Source: Longimicrobiales bacterium
Lineage (GTDB): Bacteria > Gemmatimonadota > Gemmatimonadetes > Longimicrobiales > Gaopeijiaceae
DNA: 64,000 nucleotides
Assembly (NCBI GenBank): GCA_965202805.1
Contig: OZ241869.1
Coordinates: forward strand, 3,008,001-3,072,000
Direction: 5' to 3'
A program made the position numbers and the translations under genes. Shown here piece by piece: positions 10,221 through 24,164 of this stretch (position 1 is the stretch's first letter; the number at the start of each line of letters is the position of its first letter). The notes beneath the pieces are model-generated. The model searched no databases. It worked only from the letters and a program-made list of their open reading frames with translations, and was not told where the DNA came from.

Positions 10221-10808
10221 ATGTCCTTTTTCTCTTCCGACCGGGAACGCCGCCTCTGGATGTGGACGGCGGTCGTCGTTGCGGCGATCTACTCCACCCT
10301 TGGCCTGGCACGCACCCTCGTCGACTACCTGGGCAACGATTTCTTCTCCGTATGGCTCTTCCTGGCCGGCTGCCTTCTCGTCCTGCTGACCGTCGTCACC
10401 CAGGGGCTGAAGGTCCGCCCCGGAGGAGCCGAGGTCGCGGTCGCCCTGGGCGTCGCGGCCGCCTACCTGCTGATCGTGGTGCGCATGTCGGTCCCGACGG
10501 AGCGCTCCCACCTGGTGGAGTACGGCGTGGTTGCCGTCTTCATCCACGAGGCGCTGACCGAACGCGCCAGCCAGGGCCGCCGGGTGCCGGCGCCCGCGCT
10601 GCTCGCGATCGCGGCCGCTTCCCTGGTCGGCCTGATCGACGAGGGAATTCAGAGGCTCATTCCCAACCGCGTCTTCGACCCCGTCGACATCCTGTTCAAC
10701 GTGCTGGCCGCCGTGATGGCCGTCACCGCAAGTGTGGCACTACGTTGGGCGCGGCGGTGGGGCTCATCTGTGGTCGGGCGCGCCATGGGGGAACCGGGCC
10801 CCGAGTAA
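10221..10808 (+). CDS. VanZ-like membrane protein
   Basis: HLVEYG and IDEGIQ..IPNRVFD..DI..N motifs. Confidence 0.7.
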   Translation: MSFFSSDRERRLWMWTAVVVAAIYSTLGLARTLVDYLGNDFFSVWLFLAGCLLVLLTVVTQGLKVRPGGAEVAVALGVAAAYLLIVVRMSVPTERSHLVEYGVVAVFIHEALTERASQGRRVPAPALLAIAAASLVGLIDEGIQRLIPNRVFDPVDILFNVLAAVMAVTASVALRWARRWGSSVVGRAMGEPGPE

Positions 10809-10888
10809 CGGCAGGTGCCGGCGCTACCCGTCCGCGCCGGTGGACAACGGCAAGGTCAAAGCGAGATGACCGGGGAGGAGTGGTTCTC

Positions 10889-12199
10889 ATGCACAGGCAC
10901 ATCAGTCCATTCGGTACGGCGCTGGTCGCGGTTCTCGCCCTGTCGGGATGCCGCAGTGCGACCGAGCCACCCGCCGAGCCGCCGGTTGAGCCTCCCGTTG
11001 AACCGCCGGTTGAGCCCCCGGTCGACTTCGAGCCCGGGCCGCTCGGTGCGGTCACGCTGGAGGCGGGCGAGGCCGTGCGCATCCGCATGCTGCTCTCGGT
11101 CACGGTCGCGCCGACGCTGGGCGCCGTGTCCCGGCAGGGAGCCGCGTTCGCCGCCGGGGACTTCGGTTCCGTCCACGGGCGCGAGGTCGAACTGGGCGAT
11201 CCGGTGGACACGAGTTGTTCGCCGGAGGGCGGGCGCGCGGGTGCGTCGGGAATCGTCGGGGATCCGCAGGTGGCGGGCATCATCGGAACCAACTGTTCCG
11301 CCGCGGCGGTGGCGGCGTCGCCCGTCGTCAGCGACGCGGGCCTGGTCATGATCTCGCCCAGCAACACGTCGCCACACCTCACCTCCGACCTGGCCGGGAG
11401 CGCGAATCCCGATTATCACCCGGGCTACTTTCGGGTATCGTCCAATGACCTTCACCAGGCCCGCGCACTCTCGGACTTCGTCTACAACCAGCTGGAACTC
11501 GGGAGCGTGGCCACCCTTCACGACGGCGACCCCTACACGTCCGCCCTCGTGGCGGCATTCGCCGACGCCTTCGCCGGTCTCGGCGGCGCGGTGCCGGCCC
11601 AGGCCGCAATCGAGAAAGGCGACACCGACATGACGGAAGTTCTCACCGAGTTCGCGGCAGCCGGTCCGGACGCCATCTTCTTTCCGCTGTTCGTGACGGA
11701 GGGATCGGCCTTCGCCGCGCAGGCGCGGGCCTTCGACGGGCTTGAGGGGACCACCCTGATTTCAGCGGCCGCGCTGCTGGTCTCCGCGTTCCTGGAAACG
11801 CCGCAATCGGAGGGGATCTACTTTGCGGGACCGGAATCGGACTATGGTTCGAACGTCAACGGGGTGACGGGACGGAGCGGGGAGCAGGTTCTTGCCGCGT
11901 TCGAGGCCAGGCATGGCGGCTTCCCCGGATCACCCTACTGGGCGCACACCTACGATGCGACCACCATCCTCCTCTCGGCCATCGAATCCGTTGCCGTGGA
12001 GGACGGCGACAGGATGCACATCGACCGCGCGGCGCTGCGCGAGCAAGTGGGAGCGACCGCCATGAGCGGCCTGGTCGGGACGATATCCTGCGACGCGTTC
12101 GGCGACTGCGGCACGGGGCGGATGAACATCTACCACCACACCGACAGCAGCGTCACCGACGTTGCCCGGCTGCCGGTGGTGTACGTGTACAGCCCGTGA
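10889..12199 (+). CDS. Branched-chain amino acid ABC-type substrate-binding lipoprotein
   Basis: GGAGGAG RBS, lipobox LSGC, IIGTNCS, MISPSNTSP, YFRV, HTYDA; PPVE linker repeat. Confidence 0.82.
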   Translation: MHRHISPFGTALVAVLALSGCRSATEPPAEPPVEPPVEPPVEPPVDFEPGPLGAVTLEAGEAVRIRMLLSVTVAPTLGAVSRQGAAFAAGDFGSVHGREVELGDPVDTSCSPEGGRAGASGIVGDPQVAGIIGTNCSAAAVAASPVVSDAGLVMISPSNTSPHLTSDLAGSANPDYHPGYFRVSSNDLHQARALSDFVYNQLELGSVATLHDGDPYTSALVAAFADAFAGLGGAVPAQAAIEKGDTDMTEVLTEFAAAGPDAIFFPLFVTEGSAFAAQARAFDGLEGTTLISAAALLVSAFLETPQSEGIYFAGPESDYGSNVNGVTGRSGEQVLAAFEARHGGFPGSPYWAHTYDATTILLSAIESVAVEDGDRMHIDRAALREQVGATAMSGLVGTISCDAFGDCGTGRMNIYHHTDSSVTDVARLPVVYVYSP

Positions 12200-13053
12200 C
12201 CTCCGCTGGTTCAATCACCAAGGGCGCGCGCGGGCGCGCGACGGGCACCCGCAGGGAAGCGCATGGTGCCGTTCGGCCGCACTCAGGCGTCCGGCGGCGT
12301 GTTGGCGCGGCGCTCCGCACGGCGGCGGCGACCGTGCTGCTCGCGCCGCTGGCGGGTTGCGCCGACGACTCGCCGGCGGTCGTGGGACTGGTGCCGCGCA
12401 CGGGGGAGGATCTCCCGCCCGAGCAGCTCGCCCGGGAGGTGGCCGACCGCATCGTCCCCGGCGACTTCGTCGAGCCCTTCGAGGACAGGCTGATCCTGGA
12501 AGTGCGGGGCGACCTGCTCTTCGTGAAGGGTGTGGTGAACGGGGCCAGCGAACGGGAGACGGTCGCGTTGCTGAACGGCGCGCCGGGCGTGCGGACGGCC
12601 GTGCTCACCATGGTGCCCGGCTCGGCGGACGACGAGACCAACGTCGCGCTCGGGCGCAGGCTCCGTGACGCCGGCATGACCACCTACCTTCCGGCGCGGG
12701 GTCTGGTGGCCTCCGGCGGCACCGACCTGTTCCTGAGCGGCTCGCGGCGCATCGTCGAGCCCGGCGCGCGGGTCGGGGTCCACAGCTGGAGCTCGCCCTT
12801 CGGCGACGGCAACGAGATCCCGCGCGACGACCCCGTGCACCGGCTCTATCTCGACTACTACCGGGACATGGGCATCCCCGAGGCGTTCTACTGGTTCACC
12901 CTCGAAGCGGCCCCGCCGGAAGACATACACTGGATGAGCGAGGCCGAGATGGCGCGCTACCGGATCGCCACGGTGTCCATCTCGCCACGCAGTCGTGCCT
13001 CGAACTCTCTAGTCGTAGCGCGGGCTGTCGCGCCCCCCGGCCTCGAGCCGTAG
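12196..13053 (+). CDS. Lipoprotein with ClpP/crotonase-like (COG3904-type) domain
   Basis: Lipobox LAGC, VASGGTDLFLSG..RIVEPGARVGVHSW; start uncertain. Confidence 0.55.
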   Translation: MTSAGSITKGARGRATGTRREAHGAVRPHSGVRRRVGAALRTAAATVLLAPLAGCADDSPAVVGLVPRTGEDLPPEQLAREVADRIVPGDFVEPFEDRLILEVRGDLLFVKGVVNGASERETVALLNGAPGVRTAVLTMVPGSADDETNVALGRRLRDAGMTTYLPARGLVASGGTDLFLSGSRRIVEPGARVGVHSWSSPFGDGNEIPRDDPVHRLYLDYYRDMGIPEAFYWFTLEAAPPEDIHWMSEAEMARYRIATVSISPRSRASNSLVVARAVAPPGLEP

Positions 13054-14571
13054 ATCCAACGCCCTGTGCGGCGCCGTGCGGTCGATGGTCAGGATCGTGA
13101 CGCGACCGGGAAACAGGTCGGCGAGACGCCAGACTGCCTTGCCGGAGGCCGCGATCAGGGGAACGCCGGGTGGGCCATCCCGACCGCAAACGTCGGCAAG
13201 GACATCGCTCATCGAGGGCGCTTCGAACCGGATCTCCGCCACGCTCGTGACCTCCGGTTTCACCTCCACGTCAACGGACTCGGACTCGTACCACAGCTGC
13301 TCCAGATACGGATGTGTGAAGTGCAGTGCGTAGGTGCCGACACCCAGATGGTCCAGCTCGAATCGTCCTTCGGCATCCGTCTTCGTCTCAGTGCCGGATC
13401 CCCGCACGTAGACACGCGCGTTCGGCAGTCCGACTCCCAGCGAGTCGACGACGGTTCCCACGACGCGCCGCCCCCGCTCTCCTTCGAAAACAACGCCCTC
13501 ATCGCCATGAACCCGAAGAACCTCGCCGTGCGTCGTGGCGATGCCTTCCAGGGTGGGCGCCGGCCGGCCCGTAAGGGGGTGCTCGGTCTCGCCGGCGGTG
13601 AACATCCGGATTTGCCACGAGGTTACGATCCAGGTCCCGTTCGGGAGGCCGCGAAAGCGCACCGCACCCCCGGGAGACGCGTCCATCAGCCAATGGGGCA
13701 CAGGGAGATTCACGTAGCGAAAATCCACCCTTTGGAGCTCCGCCGTCGCCGCATCGAGCCACATCGTTCCCGAGATATCCGCCACATCCCGGTTCGGCAC
13801 TGGTTCGAACTCCACCCCGACAAGCCGGCTTCCGCCGGACCGGATCCGCAGGCAGTGCGTATCGAGAAACGAATCGGAGAGCAGAACTCCGGCGTCGGGA
13901 GCCCAAAACTCCGACGCCTCGGCCGAGAACCTCGCGAACCCTCCGTACACGAGGGAGTCGGCCGCACGGGCGATGTACGGTACGGACACGAGGGCCTGTC
14001 CATGGACTCGATCCTCGAACTCCACCTTTCGTCCGCGTTCGTCGAGATGCCGCCTTATACCCAGCATCTCGTACCGGTAGAGCCCTCGCTCCTGCGTCCA
14101 CCTCGCCGCTGCGAGCGCCTTGCGCGCCTCGTTCCAGACTTTGGCGACGGCCAACCCCTCTTCCGGGTTCAGATGGCACCTGGGACCGACTGTCGCGCTG
14201 ACTCCCTCCAACGAAATCGCATCGACCGGCGCGGCTATCTGCACCGTCAGGGTGTCCCCGACGGAGATGCTGAAGAACGCCGAGTACGTGGTTGCGTACC
14301 CGATCCGCTCAGCTCGCACCCGGTACTCGCCGGGTGTGGGCGCGTCGAACTCGAACAGGCCCGTGCCGCTCTGCGTAACCGTTCGCTCGACGCCCCGGCC
14401 GCTGCGGTCCATCAGGGTCATCATCGCCCCTGAAATGGCCGCGTTGTCCCCATCTTCGACGAGCGTGCCGCGTATCGCCTGGCCTTGCAGGGTCGGCGCG
14501 ACCGCGGCCTGAAGCACGACCAGGGCTATCGGCAGACCGACACTGCGGGTTCTCTGTTTCGATCTCCCCAT
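13009..14571 (-). CDS. Secreted protein with carboxypeptidase-regulatory-like domains (C-terminus possibly truncated)
   Basis: Signal peptide, IRGTLVE..GEYRVRAERIGY and VVGTVVDSLG..TDAEGRF..GTY beta-sandwich motifs. Confidence 0.65.
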   Translation of the reverse strand: MGRSKQRTRSVGLPIALVVLQAAVAPTLQGQAIRGTLVEDGDNAAISGAMMTLMDRSGRGVERTVTQSGTGLFEFDAPTPGEYRVRAERIGYATTYSAFFSISVGDTLTVQIAAPVDAISLEGVSATVGPRCHLNPEEGLAVAKVWNEARKALAAARWTQERGLYRYEMLGIRRHLDERGRKVEFEDRVHGQALVSVPYIARAADSLVYGGFARFSAEASEFWAPDAGVLLSDSFLDTHCLRIRSGGSRLVGVEFEPVPNRDVADISGTMWLDAATAELQRVDFRYVNLPVPHWLMDASPGGAVRFRGLPNGTWIVTSWQIRMFTAGETEHPLTGRPAPTLEGIATTHGEVLRVHGDEGVVFEGERGRRVVGTVVDSLGVGLPNARVYVRGSGTETKTDAEGRFELDHLGVGTYALHFTHPYLEQLWYESESVDVEVKPEVTSVAEIRFEAPSMSDVLADVCGRDGPPGVPLIAASGKAVWRLADLFPGRVTILTIDRTAPHRALDLRLEAGGRDSPRYD

Positions 14572-17500
14572 TGCACCTGTCGAACGGGAATCGCACTCGC
14601 ACTTGACGCAGGGACAAGTGTACGGCAGTCGCGAGCGGTACCACCAGCCCGCCCGGCGGTTGCGATCCACTTCACGAGGTGAGTGCCATGACCCGCGTGT
14701 TCCTCTTCGTCGCCACCCTCGTCCTCGTCGCGGCGGCGGATGCGCCGCTGGCGGGGCAGCAGCTCACGCCCGAGCAGTACGAGGGTCTCCGGGCCCGCCA
14801 CATCGGACCCGTCGGCTTCCGCGTCTCGTCGGTGGCCGGCGCCCCCGGCGACCCATCGACCTACTTCGCCGGCGCCGCGACCGGCGGCATCTGGAAGACG
14901 GACGACGCCGGGCTGCACTGGCGGCCCGTGTTCGACGATCAGCCGGTGCACTCGATCGGCGGCCTTGCGGTGGCTTCGAGCGACCACTCCATCGTGTGGG
15001 CAGGCACCGGCGAGACCTCGATCCGCTCGAACGTCTCGATCGGAAACGGGGTCTGGAAGTCGACGGACGGCGGCGAGAGCTGGACCCACATGGGTCTCGA
15101 GGGGACCGGTCGCGTGGGGCGGATCCTCATCCACCCGGCCGACGCGGACATCGTCTACGTCGCGGCGCTTGGCCACGCCTACGCGGAGTCCGAAGCGCGC
15201 GGCGTGTACCGTACGAGCGACGGCGGCGCCTCCTGGGAGAGGATCCTGTTCGTGGATCCGGGCACCGGCGCCTACGACATGGTCATGGATCCCGCCAACC
15301 CGCGGAAGATCTTCGCCACCATGTGGGACATCGATCTCAAGACCTGGAAGCGCGACAGCGGGGGACCGGGGAGCGGACTCCACCTGACGATGGACGGCGG
15401 CGACACGTGGACCGAACTCGAGGGGAACGGTCTCCCGACCGGGACGCTCGGCAAGATCGCCGTCTGCATGTCCGCCTCGGACTCCGACCGGGTGTACGCC
15501 CTCATCGAAACGAGCGACGGCGTGCCCATGGAGGGCTACGAGACGGACACGGGCGAACTGTGGCGCAGCGATGACGGCGGCCGGAGGTGGCGGCTGGTGA
15601 ACCACAGCCACAACCTCGCGACGCGTCAGGCGTACTACACGCGCTGCGGCGTATCGTCGGACGATCCGGACGAGGTCTACTTCCTCTCCTCCAGCTTCGC
15701 CGTGAGCCGCGACGGCGGCGAGAGCTACACGCTGTATCACTTCCTGCGCGGCCCGTACGGTCGCCAGCCTTCCTCTCCCGGCTACGACCACCACGACATC
15801 TGGATCGATCCCGAGGATCCGGACCGGGCCATCATCGGCGGAGACATGGGCGTGCACATCACCGAGAACGGGATGGCGTCCTGGTTTCGGGTCCAGCTGC
15901 CGGTCGCGCAGTCCTACCACGTGACGGTGGACAACGCGATCCCCTACAACGTGATGGGGAACCTGCAGGACGGACCCTCCGTGCACGGGCCTTCGAACAC
16001 GCGCTACCAGGGGTTCTGGACGACGGGGATCATCCCGCGTGGCGACTGGATCAGCGTGGGCGGCGGCGAGAGCGGCTTTGCCACCCCCGACCCGACCGAC
16101 CCCGACGTGATCTGGTCCACCGCCTCCGGGTCCGGCGCGCGGGGCGGGATCGTCACCCGGCACGAACTGTCGCGCGGCCAGTTCCGCCAGGTGGAGGTCT
16201 GGCCCGAGTCCACCGGCGGACACCCCGCGGAGGCGCTGCGCTACCGCTTCCAGTGGACCTTTCCGCTCCTCATCTCGCCGCACGACAACGAGACGATCTA
16301 CGTCACGAGCCAGCATGTGCACCGCACGCGCAACCGGGGGCAGAGCTGGGAGGTGATCAGCCCGGATCTCTCCACGAACGACCGGTCGCGGATGACGATC
16401 TCCGGCGGCCTCACGCCCGACAACATCGGCGTGGAGTATTGCTGCGTGATCTACGCCTTCGACGAGTCGCCCCTCGAGCAGGGGGTGTTCTGGGCGGGCA
16501 CGAACGACGGACTCCTCCACCTGAGCCGCGACGACGGCCAGACGTGGACGAACGTCACCGCGAACATCCCCGATCTTCCGCCGGACGGGGTGGTGCGGAG
16601 CATCGACGCCTCCCGCTACGACGTGGCCAGGGCCTACATCACGATCGAGCACCACCAGGTCGGCGACTTCGAGGCGCGCGCCTACAGGACGGATGACTTC
16701 GGCGCCACGTGGACCCGGATCACCGGCGGGGTGGACAACCATCCCGTCGACTACACGCGCTATCTGCTCGAGGACCCCGTGCGGCCCGGACTCCTGTATC
16801 TGGGTACCGAGTCGAGTCTCTACCTCAGCTATGACGATGGGGAGAGCTGGCAGAGGTTCATGCCGAACCTGCCCCCGACGCCCTACTACGGGCTCGTCGT
16901 GCAGGAACACTTCAACGACCTCGTGGCCGGGACCTACGGGCGCGGCTACTGGATCCTCGACGATCTGAGCCCCATCCAGCAGCTGACGCCGGAGATCGCG
17001 GCCTCCGCCGCGCATCTGTTCGAGCTCCGCGACGCCTACCGCTTCAACCCGACCGCCGAGCCCATGATCATGTTCGCCGATCCCTCGGCAGGGGAGAACC
17101 CGCCCAACGGGGCGTCGATCAACTACTGGCTCGGGCGCGGTGGGGAGCCGGACGTGCAGCTGCGCATCGAGACTGCAGCCGGCGAGCCAGTGGCCAGCCT
17201 GGAGGGTACGGCGCACGAAGGGTTCAACCGCGTGTGGTGGGACTACCGGGGACCGGGTCCGAGACCGATGCTCTTCAGGACGAAGCCGCTCCATGCGGAG
17301 TGGTTCCCCCTGCCGGAGGTCGCCCGCGCGAGCGGTGGGCCCGGGGGTACCGGGCCGCGGGAGCCACCCGGCACCTACACGGTCGTGCTGGTCGTCGACG
17401 AAGAAGTAGTCGGACGGCGGCCGTTGACGGTGCTACGGGATCCGAATTCCGAGGGCTCGATGGCCGACATCCTCGCACAGAAGGCGCTGCTCGACGAGAT

Positions 17501-17926
17501 CGTCGCGGACCGGAACCGCGCGGCCGACATCGTGAACCGGATCGAACTCCTGCGGCGCCAGATCCTTGACCTGCGCCCCGTGCTCGAGGAGGCGGGCGAC
17601 GCCCGGGAGGTGCTCGACGCGGGCGAGGCGCTCGACGAGTCGCTCGTCGAGGTGGAGAGCGAGCTGGTCCAGCTCAGGAACACCGGGCCGGACGGGGCGC
17701 GGTGGCCGTCGATGATCGCCGGTCGGCTGTCCTACCTGCAGGGCGCGGTTGAGACGGCCGACTTCCCGCCCACCGACCAGCACGCGGAGGTCGCGCAGAT
17801 CCTGAGCGACCGGATCGACGAGGTGGAGGTGCGGCTGCAGGCCGTTCTGGCCGGGGAACTGGCCGAGTTCAACCGGATGCTCCAGGAGAGATTGGGGCGC
17901 GTCATCACGACGGACCAGGGACCCGT

Positions 17927-21744
<3,818 letters not shown>

Positions 21745-21760
21745 GGTCAGGCCCTCCGCG

Positions 21761-24100
21761 TCACAGCCTGTCGCCGCTTCCCGGCTCGGGCATGCGGTAG
21801 CCGACGCCGCGCTGGGTGACGATGTAGGCGGGGCTGGCCGCGTCGTCGCCGAGCTTGTGGCGAAGCTTCTTGACGTAGGTGCGCACCGGGCCGGGGTTTT
21901 GGTCGCCGCGCTTGTGCCACACGGCGCGCAGCAGCCGGTCGTGGGTGAGCACGCGTCCGGCGTTCTGTGAAAGCACACGAAGCAGCTCGTACTCGGTGGC
22001 GGTCAGTTCGACCTCGCGGCCTGCGACAGTCACGCGGCGCTGGTCGTAGCGGACGCCGAGTTCGCCGAGCGCAAAGGCCTCGGGGCGGTCGCGCCGCCTG
22101 AGCGCCGCGCGGATCCGGGCCACGAGTTCGGTCGGCGAGAATGGCTTGACGACGTAGTCGGCCGCCCCGAGTTCGAGTGCCCTGGCGATGGCCTCGTCGT
22201 TGCCGTAGCTCAGGATGAAGATCACCGGCAGTTCGGCGAGTGCGGGGATCCGCTTCATGAGGTCGATGCCGTCGGTATCGGGCAGCATCAGGTCGAGCAG
22301 GACGAGATCGGGCCTTTCGGCCTCGATCAGGCGCACCAGCTCCCGCGGTTCGCCCGTCAGCACCGCGGTCCAGCCTGCGCGGGCGAGTGCGTCGCGCATG
22401 AAGCGCAGCATCAGCGGGTCGTCGTCCAGCACGAGCACGCGCCTGCGCTCGCGCCCTCGTGGCGCTGACCGCTCCGGGCCGCCCGCGCGCGGCGCCACCG
22501 TGGCTTCGTCTCCGGCCGCCGGGAGGGTGAACGTGAAGCGCGCGCCGAGGCCCGCCCCGGCGCTCTCGGCGCTGATGCGTCCGCCGTGCGCCTCGACAAG
22601 CCCCTTCGAGATCGCGAGCCCGAGCCCCGTGCCTCCCTGGAGGCCGGTGCGCTTGCGGAACAGGCGTGGGAGCTCGCCGGGCGCGATGCCGCGCCCCTCG
22701 TCGGAGACCGAGATCGCGACGTGGGCGCCGTCGCGCGCCGCCTCGACCCGGATCGGCGACGAGCCTGACCCGTGCTGCACGGCGTTGGAGAAGAGATTGT
22801 TCAGCACCTGCACGACGCGCTCGCGGTCGGCCATCGCGTGCGGCAGGCCGGGCGGTAGCTCGACGAGCACGGGGTGGCCGCTCCCGCCGCTCAGGAACGT
22901 GGTCCGGGCGCGGTCGACGAGCGCGGCCACGCTGGTCGGCTCGGGCACCACGGTGAGCGTGCCCGCCTCGATGCTGCCCGCGTCCAGCAGGTTCGCGATC
23001 AGGCCGCGCATGTGGTTGGCCTGCGTGTCGATGAGGCGGAAGAACTCGAGCATCTCCGCCCGGGGCGCGGTCGACGAGGCCCCGAGCACGGTCCCCGCCG
23101 ATCCCTTGATCGACGCGAGCGGAGCGCGGAGTTCGTGGCTCACCATCCTCAGGAACTCCGCCCGCTGCCGCTCGAGCTCCTCGAACGGCGCCAGGTCCTG
23201 CAACGTCACGACGACCGAGATCAGCTCCCCCTCCCCGGAATGGATCGGCGTCAGGTTCATCAGCGCCCGCACGCTCCGCCCGTCCGGCACCGACAACTCG
23301 ATCTCCTCGGCCCGCTCCGGAGCTGCGTCCTCGAGCAGGCTGGCCAGCGAATCATCCGCGAGCGACTCCGCTTGCCCGCGCCAGCGGCGCCACGTGAGCA
23401 CGTCCAGAAGCTGCTCCGGCGGGGAGCCCGGCGTGCGGATGGGCTCGACGATGCGCAGCGCCTCCCGGTTCACCGACGACGGCTCCGAGCTTCCGGCTTC
23501 GAACACCACGACGCCCACCGGCGAGGTCTCGACCAGCGCCTCCAGGTCCGCGCGCGCCCGCTCGACCTCGCGGTGCGTGTGCGCGTTCGCGATCGCGGCG
23601 GCCGCCTGCGAGGCGAAGAGCACCAGGATCTCCTCGTCCTCGTCCGAGAACGCCTCGCCGTTCTCCTTGTCGCCCACAAAGAAGTGACCGAGATGCTCGC
23701 CCCGGTGGCGCATCGGAGCGCCCAGCAGCGTGAGCGTGGTGCGCGGGGCCGGAGAAAAGCCGAGCGACTCGATGTAGTCGGGAAGATTCGCCAGCTGGAA
23801 GGGTTGCCCGATGTCGCGCAGGTGCTCGAACAGCCGCAGCCCGTCGGGCCACGCTTCCAGCGCCTCCAACTCCTCGGCCGGCAGGCCCGAGGTCAGGAAA
23901 TCCACGGGCCCGCCCTCTTCGTCGACCGTCGTGATCACGCACTTGCCCGCCCCGATCAGCGCGCGTGCGCTGTCGGCCACCTCCTGAAGAACCGTGTCAA
24001 GGTCCAGGCTCGAGTTGATGCGCAGCACCGTGTCGCTCAGTCGCGCGAAACGGGCCCTCAGCGACCGGTTCTCCCGCCGCAGTTCGCGCAGCTCGTCCAT
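21761..24100 (-). CDS. Hybrid sensor-regulator: GAF-PAS-HisKA-HATPase-receiver-OmpR winged helix
   Basis: SHELRAPLASIKG H-box, NLFSNA, DEGRG, GTGLGL, LLDLMLP, DYVVKPFS, LTATEYELL..RGVGYRM; GGAGGGG RBS. Confidence 0.88.
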   Translation of the reverse strand: MDELRELRRENRSLRARFARLSDTVLRINSSLDLDTVLQEVADSARALIGAGKCVITTVDEEGGPVDFLTSGLPAEELEALEAWPDGLRLFEHLRDIGQPFQLANLPDYIESLGFSPAPRTTLTLLGAPMRHRGEHLGHFFVGDKENGEAFSDEDEEILVLFASQAAAAIANAHTHREVERARADLEALVETSPVGVVVFEAGSSEPSSVNREALRIVEPIRTPGSPPEQLLDVLTWRRWRGQAESLADDSLASLLEDAAPERAEEIELSVPDGRSVRALMNLTPIHSGEGELISVVVTLQDLAPFEELERQRAEFLRMVSHELRAPLASIKGSAGTVLGASSTAPRAEMLEFFRLIDTQANHMRGLIANLLDAGSIEAGTLTVVPEPTSVAALVDRARTTFLSGGSGHPVLVELPPGLPHAMADRERVVQVLNNLFSNAVQHGSGSSPIRVEAARDGAHVAISVSDEGRGIAPGELPRLFRKRTGLQGGTGLGLAISKGLVEAHGGRISAESAGAGLGARFTFTLPAAGDEATVAPRAGGPERSAPRGRERRRVLVLDDDPLMLRFMRDALARAGWTAVLTGEPRELVRLIEAERPDLVLLDLMLPDTDGIDLMKRIPALAELPVIFILSYGNDEAIARALELGAADYVVKPFSPTELVARIRAALRRRDRPEAFALGELGVRYDQRRVTVAGREVELTATEYELLRVLSQNAGRVLTHDRLLRAVWHKRGDQNPGPVRTYVKKLRHKLGDDAASPAYIVTQRGVGYRMPEPGSGDRL

Positions 24101-24164
24101 CGGCCCCTCCCACGTTCTCAGTGCGGGATCGGCCCGCATGTCGTCACTACACCATATCGGCAAT

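Noticed and set aside
10968..11025. 12-bp PPVE coding repeat
   Set aside because: Ordinary proline-rich lipoprotein linker.
14526..17294. Long antisense or alternative-frame ORFs (for example 14526..17294, 33194..35551, 41401..44865, 58714..61863)
   Set aside because: Shadow ORFs expected in high-GC coding DNA; no motifs, and they overlap well-supported genes.
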